Of a stretch of 64,000 nucleotides of DNA, positions 36,567 to 45,907 are shown piece by piece (positions within the stretch are counted from its first letter, which is position 1; every line of letters begins with the position of its first letter). The notes beneath the pieces were generated by a model that saw nothing but the letters and a program-made list of their open reading frames with translations, did no database searches and had not been told where the DNA came from. This stretch comes from Candidatus Saccharimonadales bacterium. GTDB lineage: Bacteria; Patescibacteriota; Saccharimonadia; Saccharimonadales; UBA4665. Both the position numbers and the translations under genes were made by a program. The stretch lies in the NCBI GenBank assembly GCA_044227625.1, contig JBGAWL010000001.1, positions 6,735 to 70,734 on the forward strand, given 5' to 3'.

Positions 36567-38408
36567 TTACTTAGTAGTTGGTTTTACCACTGTAATGGTG
36601 ATTTTGGTTGTGTCTTTCGGAGCAGTAGATACCCAGAACGGCCCGTAGCTTACCTGCACATCGGTAACACCCGGAAGTGCACCAATAGTTTGCTTTATTT
36701 CGTTTGCTTTCTTGCTTGCAACCTGCTTCTTAAGTTCTTCAACGTTGAGCTCTGGGCCAGCGACCGATTCCACTCGCACACTGACAACGGCGCTTGTCGC
36801 CGAACCAGGAGTTTGCTGCGTAAACACTGCCTTGGCGATACCGTCGTCGAGAATTTTTTGCTTTTTGCTGTCAATTTGCTCGTTCACATTCGCAACGACA
36901 AGTGCCTGCAAATCGAGTTGTTTTATACCAAGCATGCTGTAGGGCACCACAGCACTTACCGTCACAGTATCTGCTGTTTCACCCGGGTTTGCACTTGGAG
37001 TTACCTGTTGTTCACCAGCTAAAAAGGTCGACGGTATGGGCAAAACCCCTTTTGCTCGCAGCGCCGCCTCCATGTCTTGTTTTAACTGCGCTGTGTCTTG
37101 GGTGGAGATTTTCGCCTTTGCCGCGTCTATGTCAGCCTGGGCGACAACCTTGACGATTTCGTCTGTCCCGCCGGAAAACGCCGTAGACGACTTGGCGGTG
37201 ACATTGTTGAGCGAAAGGGTAAATGTCGACGCTGCAATGTTATATGATACGCCTGGCTTTAGGGCCGTAACTGACACCGTTGCCGAAGTGTCGCTCAAGC
37301 TCTTGCATACCCCGCCACTCGTAAAAGCACTTGTATCCAGCACGGCTGTCGACTGTGTTATGTAGGTCATACCGCCAGAACTCACACTAGTTCCTGTTGG
37401 CACCGTAATGGTGTTCCCACTTGCGCTGCAGTTTGTGAGTAAAACTTTGCCAGTTGCTTTTTGACCCTTGTTCAGCTGGCCAGTTGTCGCGATTTGCTGA
37501 GTATAGCTCTTCTGTTGGGTCTGTGCGGTAGCCGGAACAATCTTATTTTCCTCGTCAAGTTGCTTTGCAGCGGTGTTGAGTGTAAGGCTTAGATTACTCT
37601 TTACGACCTGTGAGTTTGTTTGGATGACTACTGTTGCCTTCGGCAAGACTTTCGTTGCAAATACCCAACCCACAATAAGCGCAATAACCCCAAGGATAAT
37701 CAAGGCAACGCGCAGACGAAACGCATCAAAATTAGGTACGGCCAGCTTTTTATTCTTCTTTACGGGCGTTACATTCGGTTTGTCTTCGCCCGTGGTTTTG
37801 CCTAGCTCGGTACCGTCATCAATAATAACTTCTTCACTAGGCTCATCAGCAACAGGCGCCATGCCGGCCAACTCACCAATGGGTGTTGTGGCGGCCGTCT
37901 CTGCATTGAATTCTTCGTCTGAGTTCGCAGTACTGTCAGCGACTGAGAGAGGCTCATCCACACTTTCGGGTTCATCACTCGGCATGTCTGGACGCGGAGG
38001 AATAGTTGGCTTGCTCGAAGGTGTTTCAGCAACGTGCATACCAACAAGCCCTGCAAGCGGCAAAAGGCTCGCCTCTGACGTCACAAGAACAAGGTTCTTC
38101 TTTTCGGACTCAGCGGCACGTTTCAGTAGTCGCATATTGACAATGCTTTGTAGTACCGTCGCACGTTTTGGCAATACCAATGCAATAATGCCGCCCTTTG
38201 CGCTCTTGACCCGCTCAATTATGGCCGTGATTTCGTCGTCAACATCAACATACAATGTTTCTTTTGCTGTTGTGCCAGTAACCGTACTTAGTTTTGGCGA
38301 AGGAGACGGTACCGCGATTGGTTTGCGGGCAGGTTTTTGCTTAACAGGCTTTGGCGATTTAAGCTTCGGCTTGCCCGCTTTCACGACTATCTTATTTTCG
38401 TCAGACAT
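36567..38408 (-). CDS. Conserved-looking hypothetical membrane-anchored protein downstream of ftsA
   Basis: 613 aa. Basic N-terminus, a small alpha/beta-like domain, an acidic Pro-rich linker, one TM helix and a large Thr/Ser/Val-rich extracytoplasmic region. Its start overlaps the ftsA stop. Confidence 0.6.
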   Translation of the reverse strand: MSDENKIVVKAGKPKLKSPKPVKQKPARKPIAVPSPSPKLSTVTGTTAKETLYVDVDDEITAIIERVKSAKGGIIALVLPKRATVLQSIVNMRLLKRAAESEKKNLVLVTSEASLLPLAGLVGMHVAETPSSKPTIPPRPDMPSDEPESVDEPLSVADSTANSDEEFNAETAATTPIGELAGMAPVADEPSEEVIIDDGTELGKTTGEDKPNVTPVKKNKKLAVPNFDAFRLRVALIILGVIALIVGWVFATKVLPKATVVIQTNSQVVKSNLSLTLNTAAKQLDEENKIVPATAQTQQKSYTQQIATTGQLNKGQKATGKVLLTNCSASGNTITVPTGTSVSSGGMTYITQSTAVLDTSAFTSGGVCKSLSDTSATVSVTALKPGVSYNIAASTFTLSLNNVTAKSSTAFSGGTDEIVKVVAQADIDAAKAKISTQDTAQLKQDMEAALRAKGVLPIPSTFLAGEQQVTPSANPGETADTVTVSAVVPYSMLGIKQLDLQALVVANVNEQIDSKKQKILDDGIAKAVFTQQTPGSATSAVVSVRVESVAGPELNVEELKKQVASKKANEIKQTIGALPGVTDVQVSYGPFWVSTAPKDTTKITITVVKPTTK

Positions 38409-39741
38409 GGAGAATCCTATCCAGCTTTTCTTTTATGCTATCGCCGCTCGTACCGGTATATTGTACCGTATCGAGTCCTACTCGCAGCAGGCCCATAGCC
38501 GTTACATACGTATGATCTTTCACTTTGCCGCTCTGGTCAATTATGCCTACTACTTGGTCAGGATGAATATGTTCGATGATAGGCTTACGAGTAAACGGCA
38601 GTTTTGTATACCAGTCGCTGTCGTGTAAACGGTCAACCAACATTTGCAAACTTGAACCGCCCCCACACAGGTACAAACGGTGCGGCAAATGGTCAAGCTT
38701 GGTAAATTCGCTCAGCGCAAGCTCAACGCCGTCGACCCACACATCGAGTACCTTTGAAAGCGCATCTTCGACTGCGGCAGCTTTTTGCGTAGGCACGCTA
38801 TTCACTGCGAGACCCAACTTCAGCTGTTCGGCGTCATCAAACTCTACGCCGAGGTCACGCTCTATGGCTCTCGTAAATGCCCGGCCACCTATGCCAAACA
38901 TCTTTGTTCCCTGTACGCCTCCGTCATTTACCACAGCAATGTCCGTAGTACCACCACCCACGTCCATCAGTATGGCACTCATACTGGCCGACTGGTCGTC
39001 TCCAATGACCGAACGAGCCACGGCAAATGGTTCGGCCGCCACCGCCACGAGGTCAAGGTCTAGCTGTTCCGCAGTACGCTCTAACGCACCAATGTGTATC
39101 AGCGGTGCAAAAGCAGTGTAGAGCTGCACAAGTACATCCTTACCCTGAAAGCCGACTGGGTTTGTGACGGGGTAGCCGTCTATTTCCATACCAACGAGCG
39201 CACTATTCACCAGACGCACACTGACGTCCTTACCGCCCAGCTCCCAGGCAAGCTGTTGCTTTGCCTTTGCTTCGGCCCGTTGCTGGACGAGCTTGATAAT
39301 GCGCTCAACTTCGGGCATATCCATAGCCCTTTCCGGCGTTTTGCGCACAACTCTTACCGTAGTAGTGGTGCCCTTCACCAACTCACCAGCAATACCAATG
39401 ACAGCACTCCGTACACTCACACCTGCCTGCTGCTCGGCCTCGTTGAGCGCGGCATCACAGTTTTCGACCACTCCGCCGATGTCCGCAATAGCTCCTGCCT
39501 GCATGTCGCTAAGCTTTTGACGCGCCCTGCCAGTACCGATGATATCGATGGCCTCATCGGTCACGCGCGCTATCAGCGCCTTCACGTACTCTGTGCCTAT
39601 ATCGAGTGCAACGAGATACTTTTCTGTCGGACCAGCCTCTTTCCCGCGCTTAACCCGAGTTTTGGCCTTTGTAGCCATAACAGCAGCACTATCTTTAAGA
39701 ACCTTGACCTTATCAAGCATATGCGATTTATTGTAGCACAA
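38401..39741 (-). CDS. ftsA: Actin-like ATPase, cell division protein FtsA family
   Basis: ALDIGTEYVK (phosphate 1), GGGTTDIAVV (phosphate 2), GGRAFTRAIERDLGV..DAEQLK and LCGGGS. The start is ambiguous among several N-terminal Met codons. PilM-type cannot be fully excluded. Confidence 0.7.
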   Translation of the reverse strand: MCYNKSHMLDKVKVLKDSAAVMATKAKTRVKRGKEAGPTEKYLVALDIGTEYVKALIARVTDEAIDIIGTGRARQKLSDMQAGAIADIGGVVENCDAALNEAEQQAGVSVRSAVIGIAGELVKGTTTTVRVVRKTPERAMDMPEVERIIKLVQQRAEAKAKQQLAWELGGKDVSVRLVNSALVGMEIDGYPVTNPVGFQGKDVLVQLYTAFAPLIHIGALERTAEQLDLDLVAVAAEPFAVARSVIGDDQSASMSAILMDVGGGTTDIAVVNDGGVQGTKMFGIGGRAFTRAIERDLGVEFDDAEQLKLGLAVNSVPTQKAAAVEDALSKVLDVWVDGVELALSEFTKLDHLPHRLYLCGGGSSLQMLVDRLHDSDWYTKLPFTRKPIIEHIHPDQVVGIIDQSGKVKDHTYVTAMGLLRVGLDTVQYTGTSGDSIKEKLDRILHV

Positions 39742-39752
39742 AATTGGCCAGT

Positions 39753-41714
39753 TCAGACCATGGCAGCTTTGATTCTTCTGATGCCGGCGGAAGAAGCTTC
39801 TTCTTTGAGTATACGGTAGTGTTTGCCGTTTGGTTTGCCTTTATCATCTTGGGCAAGCTGGCCGGTGCGGTCGACGTGCGGTCCACCGCAGATTTCTAGT
39901 GAAACTACGTGATCGTCAGCGCCCATTTGGTACACCTTCACCGTGTCGCCATAGCGTTCGCCGAAGGGGCCGATTGCTCCCATGTCGAGCGCCTCTTGGG
40001 TTGGGTACTCAGTAAATTTCACGGGGTGGTCTTCGGCAATCCACTGGTTCACAAGGTCTTCGGCGCGTTTGATTTCTTCTGGGGTCATTTTGCGGTCGAG
40101 GTTAAAGTCAAACCGTAACCGTTCTTCGGTGATGTTGCTGCCGTGCTGACGCAGTTCTGGCCCAAAAATTTCGCGTAGGGCACTTTGTAGCAAATGCGTA
40201 CCGGTATGATAGCGTTTGTGCTGCATAGTGTGTCCACCTAGCCCGCCTTTGAAGACGCCTTTTGCCGCCGTTTGGGAACGCAACTTTTGTTCTTCCATTT
40301 TGCCGTCGAACTCAGCACGCCAGTTTTGGTACATTCTTGCATCTGGTCGTTTGAAAACTTCCTCAAGGGTTAGTTCTACTGGGAAGCCGTACGTGTCATA
40401 CATGAGGAATACAATATCTCCATGTACTTCCTTTTTGAATTCTTCAGCCGATAATTCTTCTTGCCCATCTTTAACCGGCGATCCAAGCGGCAATTGATTT
40501 ATACGCTTATTCAGTTCTTTTATACCATTGCGCAGTGTCTGCCTAAATGTCTTTTCTTCTTTTACAAGAGTTGCGACAACTTCGTCTCGGGCCGCTTTCA
40601 CCTCAGGAAAATCGGCTTCGTAAATATCCGCTATGACGGGCACAACGGCCTCCAGGAAGTTCTGTTCTATGCCAAGGTCAAAGGCGAAGCGAATGGCACG
40701 GCGGAGTAAGCGACGCATAACATAGCCCTGTTCTTTGTTGCTCGGCGTCACGCCGTCAACCGCTAGGAAGGTGGCAGCACGGAGGTGGTCAGCTATCACG
40801 CGCATGCTTTCGGTGTGACTATCGTACGTCTTGCCGCTGATTGTCTCTAGCTTTTCTATAATCGGCCAAATGACAGATATTTTGAACATATCAGGCGAGT
40901 TGAGCTGCGCGGCCGCGATGCGCTCAAGGCCAGCGCCAAAGTCAACGTTTTGCGCAGGCAGTTTTTCAAAGCCTTTTTCGGTGCGAAGGTATTCCATAAA
41001 CACGCTATTGCCGATTTCCATAAATCGGCCACAGTCGCAGTTCGGGTGGCAGTGTTCACCCCATTTCGGGTCGTGCGGAATGAAGCCGAACTCATAAAAC
41101 ACTTCGCTGTCCGGACCACCCGGCTCACCGGCAGGCATGTCGGCAATTTTACCAGCACGGCACCACCAGTTTTTGCTGGCGTCGTAGAAGAAAATTCGGC
41201 CACCTTGCATACCTTTGGCGTAGCCATCTGCTTCTGAGCCTATGTCGACAGCTTTGGCTTCAATACCTTTTGTCTTGAATAGTTTTTGCCAGATTTCGGC
41301 CGATTCGGTGTCTTTTGGTATACCATTTGCATCATCGCCAATGAACGCGGTGACATATAACTTTTGCGGGTCGAGCCCGACCACGTCCGTCAAAAACTCC
41401 CAGAACCAAGGTAGCTGCTCGGCCTTGAAGTAATCACCAAGACTCCAGTTGCCAAGCATCTCAAAAAACGTTGTGTGCCGGTTGTCGCCGACTTCTTCGA
41501 TGTCTTGGGCGCGCAAACAGGTTTGGCTATCAACCAACCGGTTGCCTTTCGGGTGAGCCTCGCCAAGCAGGTACGGCAGTAGCGGCTGCATACCACTGCC
41601 CGTAAAGAGTGTGGTCGGGTCATTGTCTGGCACTAGCCGTGCCCGCGGAATGACCACGTGGCCACGATGAGCAAAATAGTCCAGGTACGCCTTACGTATA
41701 TCTTGTGCATTCAT
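39753..41714 (-). CDS. alaS: Alanine--tRNA ligase (short form, no C-Ala domain)
   Basis: Class II AlaRS N-terminus IRKAYLDYFAHRGHVVIPRARLVPDNDPTTLFTGSGMQP. Editing-domain motifs HTGTHLL and ICGGPHV. It ends at 653 aa. Confidence 0.9.
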   Translation of the reverse strand: MNAQDIRKAYLDYFAHRGHVVIPRARLVPDNDPTTLFTGSGMQPLLPYLLGEAHPKGNRLVDSQTCLRAQDIEEVGDNRHTTFFEMLGNWSLGDYFKAEQLPWFWEFLTDVVGLDPQKLYVTAFIGDDANGIPKDTESAEIWQKLFKTKGIEAKAVDIGSEADGYAKGMQGGRIFFYDASKNWWCRAGKIADMPAGEPGGPDSEVFYEFGFIPHDPKWGEHCHPNCDCGRFMEIGNSVFMEYLRTEKGFEKLPAQNVDFGAGLERIAAAQLNSPDMFKISVIWPIIEKLETISGKTYDSHTESMRVIADHLRAATFLAVDGVTPSNKEQGYVMRRLLRRAIRFAFDLGIEQNFLEAVVPVIADIYEADFPEVKAARDEVVATLVKEEKTFRQTLRNGIKELNKRINQLPLGSPVKDGQEELSAEEFKKEVHGDIVFLMYDTYGFPVELTLEEVFKRPDARMYQNWRAEFDGKMEEQKLRSQTAAKGVFKGGLGGHTMQHKRYHTGTHLLQSALREIFGPELRQHGSNITEERLRFDFNLDRKMTPEEIKRAEDLVNQWIAEDHPVKFTEYPTQEALDMGAIGPFGERYGDTVKVYQMGADDHVVSLEICGGPHVDRTGQLAQDDKGKPNGKHYRILKEEASSAGIRRIKAAMV

Positions 41715-41804
41715 ACGCTGTAGTATACCAACCCGCTCCCTATTTCGGCCATACCTTACAAATAACCTGCCCGTACGAGCATGCTATTTGTAGATAGCGT
41801 AAGC

Positions 41805-44111
41805 TTAGCGACGAACATAATACACATTGTGCCTATGGAACAGCCGAAACACTGGAATTGCAGCGATAAGGAGGCCTGCGAGTATGGTGCCGACACCAAG
41901 TTTCATGTTTATTGGTATACTCCCCGTCCCTATTCCCGAGCTTGGTTCGGTGCTTCCGGCCGCTGCGGCCGCCTCCCGGGGGGCGAGCACGCGGTAGATA
42001 CCTCCGTTTCGGCTATAGTAGACATCACCCAGCGAATTTACTGTCACCTGTGAACCTTCAGCCACATACGTGTCAGCAAATGTGGTCGGGTCTACACTGA
42101 GTACCCTGCCGCCAACAGAAACTACTAGCTGTCCGGCACGGTTCGCAATGTTGCTAGCACTCCCGGCCCCGTTGCTAAAGAGCCTCGTACGTGCAACACC
42201 CAGTGTTTGAGGATTGAATTCAAAAAGTGTTGCTCCTCCTAAACCATATAGCTTGCCCCCAGGACCAACTACCATGCTGGTGATAGATTTTGCGCTCGCG
42301 ACCGGCACGGTTTTCACCTTGAGTGTCCGCTTTTCTAGGTCATAGGCCACAAGTGCCGCACCACCCGCAGCGTTCGGTCCTACACTACCACCTATATACA
42401 GTGTGCCGTTATGATACAAAAGGCTCGCAATAGATTGGTCGTTTAGCACTGTTTGCACAGGCAAAGACACAGCTTGTTTTGCCGCGGCATATACCCCCAC
42501 AGAACCACTCGGCTTTGCGCCCATTTGACTCACCCCAAATGCAACCTGTCCCTTCGCGGCACCCGCAAGAGCACTCACCGTTCCAACGCCTACGCTAACC
42601 TGCCCGCCAAAACTAGGCGTTGTGGTCTGCGTGCTTGCGTCATACCGTACAATCATACCTGTCGTCGTACCAGCCAGAACCGACCCTTCAAGCGCCACCA
42701 TACTTGCAACTGCTCCTTGCGGCTGTGCAACCATCTTACGAGCTTCTGACCTATCTCTGTCTGCTTCAAGTACGGCTGCCCGCTGAGCACCCGATGCGGC
42801 ATAGAGCGTGTCGTCGGCTGCGGCTAAAAGCGCCGTAACAGGCTGAAAACCACCTAACAGGGGCGATGGTGCGGCAATTTTTAAGCCCCGGTTTGTGGTA
42901 TTTGCGACAGCTAGCCTGCCGCTGCGGCTATAGACAACGCACCGCGTTGCATCGAGCCAGCAGTTTCCGCGCACGGGCTGCATATCGTTACTGTTCGCCG
43001 CCTGTCTGAACGCCTTTGTGGTTGGGTCGTACAAACCAAGCGCACCGAAGTATACCGTTGGTGGCCGCACCATAGTTACCGTGGTAGTGGCGGCGGGCAC
43101 TGCAGCTTGCACTGTCTGACCGCTGGGAGTATGGGCAGAATCTGTTTCGCTTGTCTGTTCATTGTTCTGCGTCTGGGTCTGAGACTGATTTTGAGTTTGC
43201 GTCGGCTTCGGGTCGTTTTGTTTTTTGGGCTGCCCTGAGGTGCCAGTTGTGGGTGTATTCGTCGTGTCTGGTAGTGTTGTGGTCGGCTGGTTTGTTTCCG
43301 CTACGGGTTGCGCCGCCGTAGGGGCCGCAGCTGGTACTGCCACAACCGTCTCTTGCGGCAGCGAACCAGCAATATTTCCAGATAACGCTCGCTGGTCAAC
43401 AACAACTGCTTGAGCTAGGTCATACACCACAGTTTGAGATTGTGTTGCGAGGTACAGAAAACCACCATACGCTGCTTCGACCCGCAGCGAGGTCGTTCCT
43501 GCGGGGAGATTTTGGACAGCAAGTGCTGTTTGGGCGCCAGATTGGGCGTCTATACGAAGAACACCGAGTCCATTCGCACTGTACAGTTTGCCTTCTTCAT
43601 ACGCCAGACCACCCTCGGCCTGCGGCAATACCCCAGCATCACGCCACGTGCCGGTTCCGGCACTGTATCGGTACAAACGGCTTGTGGACTGTGTCTGCGC
43701 CACAAAGTAAGCCGTATCACCATCGGCTACCACTGCGTCGGTAAAGGAAACCCGTGGAGAACCTGGCAGCTCCTGCTCACTAACAGTCAGCTTATCTGGG
43801 TCAACATCGTAGACATAGCCAGCACTTGTCCCTACAAGCACATGGCGGTTCGGTAAGCTTGCATACGCCCGAGCGGTCACAAATACGCCATCAACGCGCT
43901 GCTCGGCACTATAGACTCGCTGCATGGTACGAAGATTTATCACCTGCAGCGGCGCATTAATACCAGCAGGCATCGTCACCGCCAGTGGTACACCATTTTT
44001 GTCTTTGGTAAGCACCATGCCATCAATGCTCGTCGCAATGAATGGTTTGCGAGCCACCAGCTCTTCAGAGGACTGCGCAAAGGCTACCGGCATCCAGACA
44101 CCAAGAAACAA
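41805..44111 (-). CDS. Exported repeat protein, probably PQQ/BamB-like beta-propeller, with a C-terminal TM anchor
   Basis: 768 aa. Recurrent G-x-L/V-Y...(Y/F)D-type blades on both sides of a Pro/Thr/Gln-rich linker (TQTQNQSQTQTQNNEQT). There is a hydrophobic N-terminus and a C-terminal helix followed by basic residues. The family call is tentative. Confidence 0.5.
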   Translation of the reverse strand: MFLGVWMPVAFAQSSEELVARKPFIATSIDGMVLTKDKNGVPLAVTMPAGINAPLQVINLRTMQRVYSAEQRVDGVFVTARAYASLPNRHVLVGTSAGYVYDVDPDKLTVSEQELPGSPRVSFTDAVVADGDTAYFVAQTQSTSRLYRYSAGTGTWRDAGVLPQAEGGLAYEEGKLYSANGLGVLRIDAQSGAQTALAVQNLPAGTTSLRVEAAYGGFLYLATQSQTVVYDLAQAVVVDQRALSGNIAGSLPQETVVAVPAAAPTAAQPVAETNQPTTTLPDTTNTPTTGTSGQPKKQNDPKPTQTQNQSQTQTQNNEQTSETDSAHTPSGQTVQAAVPAATTTVTMVRPPTVYFGALGLYDPTTKAFRQAANSNDMQPVRGNCWLDATRCVVYSRSGRLAVANTTNRGLKIAAPSPLLGGFQPVTALLAAADDTLYAASGAQRAAVLEADRDRSEARKMVAQPQGAVASMVALEGSVLAGTTTGMIVRYDASTQTTTPSFGGQVSVGVGTVSALAGAAKGQVAFGVSQMGAKPSGSVGVYAAAKQAVSLPVQTVLNDQSIASLLYHNGTLYIGGSVGPNAAGGAALVAYDLEKRTLKVKTVPVASAKSITSMVVGPGGKLYGLGGATLFEFNPQTLGVARTRLFSNGAGSASNIANRAGQLVVSVGGRVLSVDPTTFADTYVAEGSQVTVNSLGDVYYSRNGGIYRVLAPREAAAAAGSTEPSSGIGTGSIPINMKLGVGTILAGLLIAAIPVFRLFHRHNVYYVRR

Positions 44112-44263
44112 CCAACCTAGTACCGCTGCCAGAGACGGCCTTTTTTAATTTTTGTACTGTTTATTCGATGAAGTACATGCTTATGGTAACAAACCAAAAT
44201 ATGCCCGTCAAGTGGCACAAATAACATCTCTGTTGTGTTGCAAATTTTACTGCATAGTTGGCA

Positions 44264-44488
44264 TCACACCACGATGCCCCCGCCTAGCACGGCATCCCCT
44301 TCATACAGAACAGCCGATTGGCCGGGAGTGATGGCGCGAACAGGGCTATCCAGGTGAAGTTCGCCTCTGTTGTTTTGGGCATCCCAGGTGAAACAGGCCG
44401 GAATGAGCTCGGCGCGGTAGCGCGTACGCACAGGGTACGTTTTTCCTTCTTTTGGTGGCCTTGTTGAACTATCCCTCCCCGCCACCAA
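44264..44488 (-). pseudogene. mnmA: 3' fragment of the tRNA 2-thiouridine(34) synthase gene mnmA (last ~55 codons only)
   Basis: VRTRYRAELIPACF...LDSPVRAITPGQSAVLYEGDAVLGGGIVV matches the conserved MnmA C-terminus (RYR...PGQ-x-AV-x-Y...LGGG-x-I). About 300 N-terminal codons are absent from the window. Confidence 0.8.
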
Positions 44489-44489
44489 G

Positions 44490-45250
44490 CCACCTCGGCT
44501 TGGTGCTTTCAGGTGGTCGCCATTGCCTTTGGTATACCTAGGAGGGTAGGTTCGTTGAGGGCATGAATACGTATCTTCACTAGGTTCTGCTGTCGCCTCA
44601 GTGTTCTAGCGGTGATGTTCTGCCCATCTATCAGCGACAGACGAATCTGTCTACGCAACAGTAGGGATAAGGTTGGTACTGACATCAACACCAAGATGTA
44701 CCTTACGCTCGGTTCGCCGCTTACTCCAGCTATGCTTCTTCACCTTCCACTCGCCTTCACCGTACAGTTTGACGCCAGTACTGTCTATGGCAATATGCAG
44801 ACCTTCGCCAGCACGCAGCGCCGCTTTGACTCGGGCGCTCATGGGTACGGTCAAGTCCTCAGCTCGGTGTGATAGGGTTGACTGGTCAGGGCTTTTAGGT
44901 GAGCACAGCCGAGCATGAAGAGGAGTGACTGGACAAAACCTTCAGTTGCCCAAAGCGGGAGATGCTAGATAGCTTATATGGTAAGCGCTGTCTGAATGGC
45001 TATGTCGCTGTACATCTTCGGGTGACCCGCTTTTCCAGGCTGGACTGGTTTGTTCCATGCAGCAAGGACGTCAATGTTAAACCATAAGGTAACAGAACCA
45101 CGGGCAACCAGCGATGCGTTATATTCCTTCCAGTTTGTCACTTTGTATTGTTTCTTCTGAGGTATGTACGCCTCTGTCTTGGGTATAGTGTCTGTGTTTG
45201 TGTTCATACCCTACGGGATAGCGCTGAGAGAGGGATAGCTCAACAAGGCC
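44490..45250 (-). mobile_element. Decayed, truncated IS5-family (IS903 group-like) insertion sequence
   Basis: Transposase fragments lie in three frames. These are 44974-45207 (YKVTNWKEYNASLVARGSVTLWF..), 44651-44854 (AIDSTGVKLYGEGEWKVKKH..RKVHLGVD) and 44509-44694. The terminal sequence GGCCTTGTTGAGC (minus strand, ending at 45250) resembles the IS903 IR GGCTTTGTTGA. The far end is missing. Confidence 0.75.
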
Positions 45251-45338
45251 GTATTTATTACGTAAAGTATTGTAAATGTAAAAAATATGGTATATTTATA
45301 AGAGTATTCTACGGGTACATAAACGAGAGGAGTTTAAC

Positions 45339-45875
45339 GTGAAAACACAGGAACCACTAGCGGGATTATGGAAAGGGTCAGCTGAGATTGGATTGAGTTT
45401 ATTAGTTTTAAGCGGTTGTCAAGGAGGAGTATCCGGACCTGCTGCTTCGTCCACTCCTGTCACTCCCAAAACTGTATCCGTACAATCACCAAACTACATT
45501 GTTACGCCAACTCAGCTGGGGCGGGACCCACTGGGGCCCCTTGAACGCACACGGGAAACCCTCTACCTAGAAACCAGCATGGGGGGGATGACGCTTCGGG
45601 CCGCTGACCCAAATATCTACGCGCGTCCAGACATGCTTACTTTTTCTTGCGACGGAAAAACAGTCATTACCCGTGCGAGCTGGAAAGACAATGTTGTTGA
45701 AGCGCAACCAATTAGCGCTGCATTCACCACACTTTGCGCTGACAGGGAAATATCCGGCACAGAAGCCCGGCGGTGGGTAGAAGCACATCCTGCTGCACTG
45801 CCAACACTGTTCGACGGTCGGTTGGCAGAAAACGGTTCTCACATTGCAGTCATCGATACGGGCGTATCACAGTAG
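45339..45875 (+). CDS. Hypothetical lipoprotein
   Basis: GTG start with SD GAGAGGAG and lipobox LLVLSGC. No family recognised. Confidence 0.55.
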   Translation: MKTQEPLAGLWKGSAEIGLSLLVLSGCQGGVSGPAASSTPVTPKTVSVQSPNYIVTPTQLGRDPLGPLERTRETLYLETSMGGMTLRAADPNIYARPDMLTFSCDGKTVITRASWKDNVVEAQPISAAFTTLCADREISGTEARRWVEAHPAALPTLFDGRLAENGSHIAVIDTGVSQ

Positions 45876-45907
45876 AGGTACCGCATGATATCACTTTTAG
45901 TAGGTAC

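Noticed and set aside
37573-38628. 351-aa plus-strand ORF (and 39094-39819 at 241 aa, 38576-39121 at 181 aa)
   Set aside because: These are antisense to the ftsA-family gene and the 613-aa gene. The translations are low-complexity Ser/Thr/Ala-rich mirror frames with no SD. They are typical shadow ORFs.
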